Positions 36,701-45,586 of a DNA stretch of 47,547 nt are shown in pieces. This stretch comes from Candidatus Micrarchaeaceae archaeon (GTDB lineage Archaea; Micrarchaeota; Micrarchaeia; Micrarchaeales; Micrarchaeaceae): the NCBI GenBank assembly GCA_027310535.1, contig DAIDAQ010000007.1, positions 1 to 47,547 on the forward strand, written 5' to 3'. Position numbers and translations under genes: made by a program. Below the pieces are notes generated by a model. That model was not told the DNA's origin and searched no databases. It saw only the letters and a list, made by a program, of their open reading frames with translations. Position 1 is the first letter of the stretch, and the number at the start of each line of letters is the position of its first letter.

Positions 36701-39700
36701 TCGTACAGACAGAGCTCGCGCAGAACGTATACAACAACATATACTCTTCGCTCCAGAACGATATCAGGAACGGCATACAAGACACGATACAGGTAAGGAT
36801 CCAGGCGCAGATACAGACTGACATAGTCGAAAGCACGTGGGAGAGCATAAGGACGCAGGTGATGACGGCCGTGCAGAGCGCGCTTTCGCAAGGCCTTCCT
36901 GCCACCCTCTGGAACAGCATCTGGACCAACATAGGGGCAAGCATACCGGGAGATGTCAACGCGATATACGCGAGCGTCTGGCAGAACGTGATCTACGGCA
37001 CCGGCGATGTGGAGGACCGGATAGGCTTCGGAGTCCTCTCCGCGCTTCAGACTACGGTCAGGCAGAACTTCTACAGCTCTATAGAGGCAGGGATAGTCGC
37101 GTCCTCCGAGTCCGCCCTCTCGCAGAGCATCGACTCTGCGATCTACGCTATCATAAAGAATGGCGTGCAGGGCGGCATACAGGCGCAGCTTACAGTGAGC
37201 TTTAGCAACAACCTGTGGGCAGGCCTCAAGGGCAGTGTGGCAGAAGCGGTGCGGACAACAATCGAGAAGGATTTTGCAACAAACTTTGCAACCGCAATAA
37301 AGAAGGTCGCAAAGAACTGCCTGCTCAGCACTGGTATCAGCGTGCTATCAGGCAAACTGGCCGGCGCTCCCTCAACAACTACCCGGCCCTATCCATTGCT
37401 GACTCTGCCACCAAAGCCAGCCCCAGACAACTATACGATAAGCTCTTCTCTCCCAAGGAAGATTAACGCAACCTCCCCCGCTTTCGCCCCGTTAAGGCTG
37501 GCGAGCATCGGAGGGCTCGTAGGGCAGTATGGCGGTGCGGCCCTCTCTGCCATAAAGAACATGGTCGCAACCGCGACGCCGCCCATCTCAGTCATACAGC
37601 AGTACAATCAGCAAAACTCAGGCACTTTGCTGACATGCCCGAATAAGCCCTCGGCCAATCCCTTTGACTATTTCCAGAGCTCGCCCAATTCAAAGATTGC
37701 AGGAGATGCCTGTCTGGCAACATCACAGCAGTTGAGGACCATTGTCGGGATAACCGTCACGTCAACGTTTGGCACCGGGCTCAGGATAGGCGGGCAGGAG
37801 ACCTTCCTCTCTGATTTGGCCCAGCTCGTCAAGGAGGGCCTTACGGCAGATGTCACGCTCGCGCGTACCACCCCGGCTACCATATCCAGCGTGCGTTTCA
37901 CAATAGGCCTTGACCTGTCATCGCTGGGTGTTTTAGTGGGCAAGCTGAAGATAAACATACCACAGGGCGCCATCCAGAATATAGAGAATACACTGATGGC
38001 AGGGCCCGCTGCCATTGTGTCAATACAAAACCTCGGCTACTCTGGGATGGTGCAGATAGGCAGCACTGGCGATTACGAGATCTCAAGTTCGTACAATACA
38101 AACACGCTCATCTTCCAGACACCTCCGCCGGCAGTGCAGCGCGGCCTGTGGACATGGACGGCACAATACGCTGATTTGAGCCAAGTGAAGCCGAACCAGA
38201 TCACAGCAGCGACTTCAGGCCCTCAGCGTGCAAGCCTGATAGAGCTAAAAGGGGCGACGAACCTGGTCAAAGACGCGCTATCGATAGTGACAGGCGGGGC
38301 TGTCCCGCCTAGCTATGGCCTTTACTTCTGCTCGTACGATTACGACTATTCATGGAAGGTTTCAGTCGACTCAATCGACGCTGGCAACATACCGATACCG
38401 ACCTCGATAAGCTGGCAGAACGGGGGCAACCTGGACATAGCAAGGGACTTTAACGATGCTTATGCCGTCCAGTACAGGCAGCCGCAGATAACCGGATGGG
38501 CGGCTGCGCCGGTCTTCCCGTATCTTTTGTACAATGTGACGCTTCCTGCCTCATACAGCAACCTCAACAGCCAGATAAACTACCTCAATGAGTCATATGA
38601 TATTTACAGCCCGCACAACTTTCTGGAGCCTAACGCGTTCCTTGAGCCAGTCCCGATAACAGCGGGCTCTGCATTCCTCGCCAATATAGGAGGGGTACTC
38701 GAGGAGTTCCCATACAACTCTGTCTCGCTCTCTGCGACCAGCACAAACACGTTCAATAGCGTGGTGCCGCTGCAGATGTTCATCGCCTCCGCGTACGGCA
38801 AGACAGCCGCAGAGGCCATGCAGAACTACCCTGCTATAACTGGTGGCAGCATTGCGCAGCCAAGCGGAGGTGCCGACTGCATCAACAACGGGGCTGCATT
38901 TGGGCCCTACTACTACAAAGACCTATTTAACCCACGTGTGGTGAACTGCCGCACGAAGGTTGACCCGGTCAGCTTAACCGCCCAAACCAGCGGCGGAAGC
39001 CCGGGAGCCGAGTGCTATTTTTATGAATATACGGGCGGCTTCTTTAAATTTAACTTTGGGCGCCCTTATGTGTATTACTGCAAGTTTCCGCTGCCATACT
39101 CAAATAATTTGGGCGGCGGGACAGGTTCCGGCCCTGGCGGGATCTGTACATATGCTGATGTAGTCACAGGTGCTTGCACCAGGGGTGCGGTACAGACAGG
39201 GAATCTTATAAGCGTGCCAATAACAAATCCGGTTTACGTTTACGCTGCGCCCAACGGCTATGTCTATGTATTGAATTACAGCTACAGCGGCGGCACCCTT
39301 GGCTTCAACCCAACGACGAAGGCAAACTTGTATGTTTTGAAGTTTGCCCCATTCGGGTCATTCAACATCCCCGGGCGCCTTCCCCAGGCCATAATTGCCG
39401 GTACGAAGCCTATAACCGACCTTACTATATCAGGCAGAAAACAGCTTGATTTCAACCAGATCGGTACAACGTTTAATGCACGGTGGAGCGGCGGGACAGC
39501 CCCGTTTGAGATAAAGTGGTATACTGGAACTAACCCGGATTGTACGAGCCCTACAGGCCAGAAGACGCTCGTCCAGGATGATACCGGCATCGGCATCAAC
39601 GAGGACTTATTAAAGGTCTTCGTGCCTAACACGCAATGGACCTCTGTGGGCACATATTATTACTGCGTAGCTGTGGCAGACTCTTTTGGCTCAACCCTCC

Positions 39701-42700
39701 AGGCGGTTGGGGTGGAAATAACAGTAAATCCGTCGCTTACCGCAGTTGCAGCCTATATGCCGAACCGGCAGCAGATCGACGCAAACACACAGCCAGATAT
39801 AACGAGCCAGATGGGGGCAGGTAATGCAGTGATAATAGGCAACGACCAGTCCCCGAGCGTCAGGGTTACATGGTCCGGCGGCACCCCCCCGTACACCGGA
39901 ACAGTGTATGTTCTACCGATGGGCCTGGAGGGGAACAGCGATCTGAGCGTCCTATTAACCCGCCGTGCATTGCGCACAGTTCCGTTCAACCTCCGTGGGA
40001 ATTGCAACAACTACCAGAGTCCAAATTACGGTTGGTATTCCACATCATCGACAGGCTTTGAGGGCGATCTGAATTCAGGTCGCATCCCAGCGGTGCAACG
40101 CATGTTTGGCGAGCCTTCAGGCGATATTGCTTTCCTGTGCTTTGTCGTATCAGACAGCGCAGGCTGGTCTAACGCCTCAGTGCTTAAGGACAGCTCTTCA
40201 GGTTTCTGGGAACCGTATCTTGTGCTTGACATTATAGGCAAGAAAAAACCCAATGAAGAAATTCCTGAAGCCCCGGTATTCGAGGCCATCTGCCCGAAGC
40301 AAAGCCCGGGAGCATGCACGGCATACCCCTCCACCACAATTACCTCCTATAACCTTCTGGCGTCTCTGCAAAGCGGAAACAGTGTTCTGTTGAGCGTAAA
40401 GAATGCCGCCGGTCCCTCTGTGAAATATGGATGGTACAAGACTGGCAGCCCAATAAACGACTGCAGCGGTTACAAGTCGTTTGCGCAGCTCGCTGTCAGC
40501 GACCCGGCAACCACACAATCGACCACGGATGCGCCTAGCGCTACTGCCTACTACTGTGCAGTTTCCACGAATTCGATTTCAGGAGCTATAGGGGTGTCGC
40601 TTCCGGGTGAGGTCTATGTTAATGGGGTGATAAGCGATGTAAGGCTCAGCAATGCACCTGCATGGGGAACGACCCAGACCTACGACCAGCTAATCAACAA
40701 CCCAGAAGCCTACTTTAAGGTTGATTGGCTCGGCGCGAGCGTCGCCGACGGTGCAGAGATAATCGCGTATAACAGCGTCTCGCAGGGGCAGACGTGCACC
40801 GGAACTGTCGTCCCAGTGGTCAATGAAAAGGAGAACCCAACGGAAGGCAGCCAATCCGCGCAATCCTTCGGCCTGCCTTCCGGACTGCCAAATCTGGGTG
40901 CGTCATCCGAACTTATAGAGCTGCCCGGCGCAGGCTTGCAGAACCTGTGCGTCACTGTAACAGATCCAAAAGGCAGCTCGGCCTCATCGCCTTATCTCAG
41001 CGTCGCATCCAGCCTTGGCGGCCTTCAAATCTCTGTGCCGCCAGGCCAATCGGTCTCGAGCGAAGGTAACATAGACGTGCAGCTGTCATGGACCGGCGGA
41101 ACGCAGCCATTTTCATACAAGGTATACTCAACTTACAATGGCATCTCCCCTGAAGTATGCGATACAAACTCCGACAACGCCGAGCAGATAACGATACAGT
41201 CGCAAGGGGCCCTGAGCTCCTCAGGCGGTGGCTACACCGAAACGCTTTCGATACCTTATGTTGACAGCCAGCCTGTTTGCGCAGAAGTCGATGGCACTGG
41301 TGCCGGTATAGTATCACAGTATACGGCTTTGCCGGCAGGGCTCTCTGTCTCTCAAACGACAACCTCCACCACTACCTCCTCTACAGTTACCACTGTTCCA
41401 ACAGTGAGGCCGAGGGGACTGCCGATACCCCCAGGCATCGCAGCCGGGCAGGCCCAGCAGGAGGCGTCTGCCTCCAGTGCAAGGAATGCAACTCTGGCGC
41501 CACTCCAGTTTGCTGCGAGCCAAGCGCAACAGCAGGTGATAGACCAGTGGAACAGCAACTGGAAGCAATACTGGAGCGACAAGCTTGCAGAGCAGTCTGG
41601 CGACCTCTATCTCGTTGGGGACATAACGCTCGCCCAGCAGTCAAGCAGCTTCTTTGGGCTTTTCTCGAACTTCAAGCAGGGAATGTTCAACTTCCTTCCA
41701 ACCTCCCTGACCACTGACCTGTCCGGGGACCTATTTATCCTGGGGAAGGCGCAGTCAGGTGCCATAGTCTCCGGCATACTGTACTCAAATGGAGTGGCAA
41801 CGACATTGCCAATCCAGGTGCCGAACACGCGGATCATAGCACCGAGCAGCGAGTTTGCCGTCTCGCCAGGCGGGCAGATCGGCTATATGGCAGACCCTGT
41901 CGTCCCGGGCAATGTGATGATGTTCAACATGCAGAATGGCAGGTTCACCGGCAATATTAGCCTCTCCTACTCCAACGAGAACTACAACCTGGATATTGCG
42001 CGGTACCTTTCAAATGGCGGTCCATACGGAATAAATGATGTTTCAGCCGCGTATTCAGGGGCGGCCACGGCAAACGATGTCAATGCGAACCACGAGCCGC
42101 TATATATAACCGAATACGGCGGCGTCCTGTATGTTGTAGACCGCTGGTCGTTCGATGCCGGCAAAGGCCCCTCGGCGATGTTGCTGCTGCGTGCATTCTA
42201 CGGGAACGGCACAGAGGTGCAGATAGACCCTGCCTCGTCCAATGACATAGCGTTTGCGCCCTCGGCTGGCCCCGCTGCCCCCCTAGCTGCGCCATCGGGC
42301 AGGCTTGCGTACCCGCCATACGGGTGGCCGCTGGCATTCAACATATCGTTGGGCAACGGTCAGTACAATACGGGCTGCATAGCTGGATGCGACGAGACCC
42401 CGGTGGTATTAAAAGGCGGCATATACACAAACACAAACTATAAGCCTCTGGGCCCATGGATACAGGCTAGCTATGCATGCAACCTCTTAGGGAGTATTGG
42501 CACTTTCCTGGAGTCCGCGTTGGACACCGTGCTCGGCATCTATGCGGGCAATGCATGTGGCTATAATAATGTGAATACCGCGATGAGTTTCTCGTCGGCA
42601 TTTGACGGGACGGGATACATAACGGCAAATGTCGTCTCGCACCAGCTCAGCGGGCAGGTTGACGGCTCGTACAACGAGCTGCTGTCGTTCAAGCTCAGTG

Positions 42701-45540
42701 TGCTGAACTACACAAACCCTTCCGGGCTGGCAGATGCGGGCTTTGCCTGCTATCTGGCCCCGCGCAGTACTGGCACAGACATAGACAGCTTCTACAGCAA
42801 GCTTCAACAATTAAACGGCCCATGCACGATTGCCAGGCCATTGAGCCCTGCATGGCAGGCCATCACCGCAATGGAAAGCCCGGTGCTAGGCGTGCCTGAT
42901 GCCATAGGGTACGTGGAGAGCCAGGGCTCGCCGCAGCTCGACCTTACCCTGCCTAGCGCTGGCTCGTCTGTGGCCATCGCCGCCAACCAGAACTTCCAGC
43001 AGAACACCCAGAGCGCGGAAAACCTCCTGAGCCAGGGTTCACTGCCCGAATCTGCCCCTGCCGCACAAGCGCCGTCGGTGCCGCAGGAATACATAGAGAG
43101 CAAGGTTGGAGGATCTGTGCTTGTGCCTTACGTAATCACATACACAGAAACGCAGACAGCGATCGTAACCAACAGAGGGTTTACCAAGACCCCGATCTGG
43201 TCCAGCGACCTCGATTCGGTGGTGGACCTAAGCTCATGCAAGGCTACGTCCTACATATCGCAGGCCACCTGCGACAACGGTTGCACCTTCACTCAATACG
43301 CTTATTCGACCGCTGCCGCCTCGCCGAGCACGTTCAATGCAGTCATCGAGGGAGGGCCAACCTACCTTGTCTACAACAACACCAACTTCAACCAGTTCTA
43401 CCAGCCCGACATATCTGACTCGCGTGCAATACTGCCCCCCTCCATTGACTACAAGGTGCTGACGAACAGGCTCTTCGGCGAGATATATGTAAACCAAAGC
43501 ATAATGCCAAACCCGCTCGCAAAGCTCGACTCTGCCAAGATAACCGATGTGCAGGACCTGGTGAGCAAGCTTTCATCCCTTGTTTCCCCCGGTATACAGC
43601 TTCCAATAATGCTTTCGCTCAACCAGACCCACCTGTATGACTACCTGCCCGTGTTCTATTACCAGGTCTATCCGAACGGCGGCGCGAGCAGCTCCTATGG
43701 CCTTGCCGTGCCGGCCTACGTATCAGTGATTGCCATCCTACGTCAGTACACCGGCTTCTCGTCAGGCTTTGTGCAGTCTGTAGCGCAGAAAGGGGCCCAG
43801 CAGGCCGTAACGGATCTGGCAACCAGCTACCAGGGCCCGGCCTCATTCCTGAAGGCCGCAGCAGAGGCGGCGCCGTTCTACTACAGTCTGGCTTACATCG
43901 TCGGCGACGCGTCGCTCTCCGGCGCTTATCCTGGCGCTTCGTCAAACGCAGCCATGGTTGCAGGCTACACGCTGCTTGGGCTGCTGCCGCAGACCCTGTG
44001 GTGCAAAGGCAGCCAGCCTGGCGGTATGGCAGCAGCCCTTGTTAAGCTGGGCAGCGGCGACTTGTACACGCTTCTTTCAAAGCTTTCAGGCACAGACCCG
44101 TTTGCCATCTGCAACAACCAGCTTTCGTACTACGATAACACAATTCCAGGCACCCCTTCTTTGCTGCAGCTCTATGATACATACAGGCAGGAGAGCCGCA
44201 ACTATGCGCTCAGGCTGGGCTGGCGCAACAGCAACGCCGCCCTGGGCTATAACAGGCTGCTCTACACTTTTGTTGACATATTCAACAACACGATAACAGC
44301 CCCGCTGGATGTCGACCTCGCGAACCAGACAATAATATCGCTCACCACAAATACAGACGTTTTGGAGAACAACCCAAACGAGACGACAGTTACGGTAAGC
44401 GGCGTCGCAGGCTATTACCAGGACAGCATCGGCGGGGCGTTCATGCCGCTCCCCTCAGGCTCTCCGATATACCTCTACTATGACCAGAACCTGAATTACT
44501 ACACAAGCAACACCGAGATGAGCCCGATCGCGCTGATGGGTGTTAGCGGCATAACCTCCTTGCAGGACTCGCCGTACGGCAAATACATAGACTACGTCCA
44601 GCTCTGCGCCTTCGGCAAAGGCAGCGACTGCAGGCTCGCCAACCCGGTCAACGGCACCCAGGCCGTCCAAACCCTCCAAAAAGGCATAGCAGGCCCGCTC
44701 AACACGTACGCCTCCATACCAACATATCAGTCTCCCGCGGCAGTGAATGGCTGCCCGGCACCATCGCAAGGATTGCTCAACACCAACTCAATAAACGCGC
44801 TTTATGAGTGCAACATCTATGGCTCGTATGGCCTTCCTGCCACCTGCGCCCAAGTGCTGAAATTAGGCGCGCCTCCGCTGAGCGAGCTCCAGAAATGTGC
44901 GCAGACCGCGGCAACAGACGTCCTGCACCGCCAGACCCCGCAGTGCGCGCTTGCGAATGATTACTCGATATGCTTCAACGCTTACACCAACCCACAGAAC
45001 ATCGGGTCGCTCGGCCAGTTGCCATACTGCGTGCCTGTCTTCGCAAACGGCACAGGCACATTCACGCCGCAGATCGGGCTCCTGCCAAGCTCTGACAAGG
45101 GAGCCTCCATACAGACCATAGGGGACCTGATCACAAAGGGCGGCACCGCCCTGACTGACAGCAACGGCAACTTCAACTACCAGTTCAGCGTCTGCGGAAC
45201 CGGGACCGGGAAGATTACAGCATCCTACTACGGGGCCCCGTTCCCGCAGCCGGCAAACGTGCTGCAGTCATCTCTTCCCCTATCAAACATACCGAACGCA
45301 GGGCTGCAGAGCTCGCAGCAGCAGAACTACGGCGAGTACTGGTTTTCGTATTCGCCGGCAAATGCAACTACGTCATTCGTGGTCGGGAGCTATGCGCTAA
45401 GCTTCGGTGCGACAGACGCGCTGCTAGTGCTTGCCGCAATCGGCGCTACCGCAGCTGTCCTCGTGCTCCGCAGAGGCTCTAAGAGGGTGGGCAAGAGGAA
45501 GCCTGCGGTAAGGAGGCGTAGTACGGTTCTGCATAGATAG
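33712..45540 (+). CDS. Giant (3942 aa) secreted, C-terminally membrane-anchored surface protein
   Basis: Uninterrupted 11.8-kb ORF; signal peptide MKQINAGALVVATLLLTIMLGATA; C-terminal TM (ALLVLAAIGATAAVLVL) plus basic tail; many N-x-S/T sequons and Cys; TTATAAA box at ~33678. Confidence 0.9.
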   Translation: MKQINAGALVVATLLLTIMLGATASQSPPILDKSGSGLNSNGNSARATACVSVNLSFLKNIPGWVTSLIKGLSLDPSALFKKLSDEVSKLTSDVWGDITKVANKIASGAADVIKVINDLISGNISDEMSTIIDDLVGYLSDAVQAAFSKLISSLPGLLNKLADSIFSLIDNAIQSMANLVNELSVPSIPSSLFSSIQSSFLSALQDLGSFFDTIISDISSFISNIDISIPGLFGSSNTVAASSNGIAVAANLILDGIKKSCKTIPPAIFNQFIKDTNNLANDGSATYRYANDIVVRISNIRKDSAAIVNMVDNVGNVIGPGNVIGEETLGISKSGFNENAYVGYANKGSGILNGIYLSAKQSQTGSLCVGLGITSSYIDAIAAKVNDINAQVGAIDADVQALIGANGMGYKFDADIQAYSKDLALAPIKSCAVIKNPTADLVAAVAAVTYLGTREPQVKDALNSMGKFNDKLKADYNKMSKDISKVTKIAANPLSLVKQLNNLNPLGGVTVNPQDINAIKSGYELAMRPTNDLINIALGNLTKVDNIMANVVKFNGRVQAASANVIKVLGKIDKNVISEIGSTASPTFCSAVSNAADKGEAYCNAIRSAAYITGNIDTELAFITQNVADIPNSVAMLRYSVYALQGSLLSTRANIIRVDSDLSNIASVLSQNGGKLTCSVQAKIGGNLADIGTGLQSVVQDAENVYTATEGTIALIELSAESIKTDIVMIIETIKIIIADIKAIALVFYYASQGVGSSATPLPKFGACIGVGATVVTTNYPNAGNGCVISLSAVYDAQTNQVAIQADLIVVLQRLFDPSQISSQLKTNVQDAVAADLTSAIKVQATVDIGKNVQVGVGAALQGAFTESAWSGMWSNIYSASKAGVNSALNAGINQQTWTAYASGTDTGAEAIVQGAILSAIQAGVQASIDAQVSGSLSGGIVAGIKSQIAPGIQNAYSTGESASIKESVKAGIWGAIQEDVKAAVKSALDSGFGTQVVQTELAQNVYNNIYSSLQNDIRNGIQDTIQVRIQAQIQTDIVESTWESIRTQVMTAVQSALSQGLPATLWNSIWTNIGASIPGDVNAIYASVWQNVIYGTGDVEDRIGFGVLSALQTTVRQNFYSSIEAGIVASSESALSQSIDSAIYAIIKNGVQGGIQAQLTVSFSNNLWAGLKGSVAEAVRTTIEKDFATNFATAIKKVAKNCLLSTGISVLSGKLAGAPSTTTRPYPLLTLPPKPAPDNYTISSSLPRKINATSPAFAPLRLASIGGLVGQYGGAALSAIKNMVATATPPISVIQQYNQQNSGTLLTCPNKPSANPFDYFQSSPNSKIAGDACLATSQQLRTIVGITVTSTFGTGLRIGGQETFLSDLAQLVKEGLTADVTLARTTPATISSVRFTIGLDLSSLGVLVGKLKINIPQGAIQNIENTLMAGPAAIVSIQNLGYSGMVQIGSTGDYEISSSYNTNTLIFQTPPPAVQRGLWTWTAQYADLSQVKPNQITAATSGPQRASLIELKGATNLVKDALSIVTGGAVPPSYGLYFCSYDYDYSWKVSVDSIDAGNIPIPTSISWQNGGNLDIARDFNDAYAVQYRQPQITGWAAAPVFPYLLYNVTLPASYSNLNSQINYLNESYDIYSPHNFLEPNAFLEPVPITAGSAFLANIGGVLEEFPYNSVSLSATSTNTFNSVVPLQMFIASAYGKTAAEAMQNYPAITGGSIAQPSGGADCINNGAAFGPYYYKDLFNPRVVNCRTKVDPVSLTAQTSGGSPGAECYFYEYTGGFFKFNFGRPYVYYCKFPLPYSNNLGGGTGSGPGGICTYADVVTGACTRGAVQTGNLISVPITNPVYVYAAPNGYVYVLNYSYSGGTLGFNPTTKANLYVLKFAPFGSFNIPGRLPQAIIAGTKPITDLTISGRKQLDFNQIGTTFNARWSGGTAPFEIKWYTGTNPDCTSPTGQKTLVQDDTGIGINEDLLKVFVPNTQWTSVGTYYYCVAVADSFGSTLQAVGVEITVNPSLTAVAAYMPNRQQIDANTQPDITSQMGAGNAVIIGNDQSPSVRVTWSGGTPPYTGTVYVLPMGLEGNSDLSVLLTRRALRTVPFNLRGNCNNYQSPNYGWYSTSSTGFEGDLNSGRIPAVQRMFGEPSGDIAFLCFVVSDSAGWSNASVLKDSSSGFWEPYLVLDIIGKKKPNEEIPEAPVFEAICPKQSPGACTAYPSTTITSYNLLASLQSGNSVLLSVKNAAGPSVKYGWYKTGSPINDCSGYKSFAQLAVSDPATTQSTTDAPSATAYYCAVSTNSISGAIGVSLPGEVYVNGVISDVRLSNAPAWGTTQTYDQLINNPEAYFKVDWLGASVADGAEIIAYNSVSQGQTCTGTVVPVVNEKENPTEGSQSAQSFGLPSGLPNLGASSELIELPGAGLQNLCVTVTDPKGSSASSPYLSVASSLGGLQISVPPGQSVSSEGNIDVQLSWTGGTQPFSYKVYSTYNGISPEVCDTNSDNAEQITIQSQGALSSSGGGYTETLSIPYVDSQPVCAEVDGTGAGIVSQYTALPAGLSVSQTTTSTTTSSTVTTVPTVRPRGLPIPPGIAAGQAQQEASASSARNATLAPLQFAASQAQQQVIDQWNSNWKQYWSDKLAEQSGDLYLVGDITLAQQSSSFFGLFSNFKQGMFNFLPTSLTTDLSGDLFILGKAQSGAIVSGILYSNGVATTLPIQVPNTRIIAPSSEFAVSPGGQIGYMADPVVPGNVMMFNMQNGRFTGNISLSYSNENYNLDIARYLSNGGPYGINDVSAAYSGAATANDVNANHEPLYITEYGGVLYVVDRWSFDAGKGPSAMLLLRAFYGNGTEVQIDPASSNDIAFAPSAGPAAPLAAPSGRLAYPPYGWPLAFNISLGNGQYNTGCIAGCDETPVVLKGGIYTNTNYKPLGPWIQASYACNLLGSIGTFLESALDTVLGIYAGNACGYNNVNTAMSFSSAFDGTGYITANVVSHQLSGQVDGSYNELLSFKLSVLNYTNPSGLADAGFACYLAPRSTGTDIDSFYSKLQQLNGPCTIARPLSPAWQAITAMESPVLGVPDAIGYVESQGSPQLDLTLPSAGSSVAIAANQNFQQNTQSAENLLSQGSLPESAPAAQAPSVPQEYIESKVGGSVLVPYVITYTETQTAIVTNRGFTKTPIWSSDLDSVVDLSSCKATSYISQATCDNGCTFTQYAYSTAAASPSTFNAVIEGGPTYLVYNNTNFNQFYQPDISDSRAILPPSIDYKVLTNRLFGEIYVNQSIMPNPLAKLDSAKITDVQDLVSKLSSLVSPGIQLPIMLSLNQTHLYDYLPVFYYQVYPNGGASSSYGLAVPAYVSVIAILRQYTGFSSGFVQSVAQKGAQQAVTDLATSYQGPASFLKAAAEAAPFYYSLAYIVGDASLSGAYPGASSNAAMVAGYTLLGLLPQTLWCKGSQPGGMAAALVKLGSGDLYTLLSKLSGTDPFAICNNQLSYYDNTIPGTPSLLQLYDTYRQESRNYALRLGWRNSNAALGYNRLLYTFVDIFNNTITAPLDVDLANQTIISLTTNTDVLENNPNETTVTVSGVAGYYQDSIGGAFMPLPSGSPIYLYYDQNLNYYTSNTEMSPIALMGVSGITSLQDSPYGKYIDYVQLCAFGKGSDCRLANPVNGTQAVQTLQKGIAGPLNTYASIPTYQSPAAVNGCPAPSQGLLNTNSINALYECNIYGSYGLPATCAQVLKLGAPPLSELQKCAQTAATDVLHRQTPQCALANDYSICFNAYTNPQNIGSLGQLPYCVPVFANGTGTFTPQIGLLPSSDKGASIQTIGDLITKGGTALTDSNGNFNYQFSVCGTGTGKITASYYGAPFPQPANVLQSSLPLSNIPNAGLQSSQQQNYGEYWFSYSPANATTSFVVGSYALSFGATDALLVLAAIGATAAVLVLRRGSKRVGKRKPAVRRRSTVLHR

Positions 45541-45586
45541 AGCTTTATAGGTTAAAACAGATTAACCATTGGATACAGTGTTTGGA

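Noticed and set aside
33790..37320. Prophage tape-measure gene
   Set aside because: The helical region is tape-measure-like but belongs to a protein with signal peptide and C-terminal TM; no capsid, terminase or tail genes nearby
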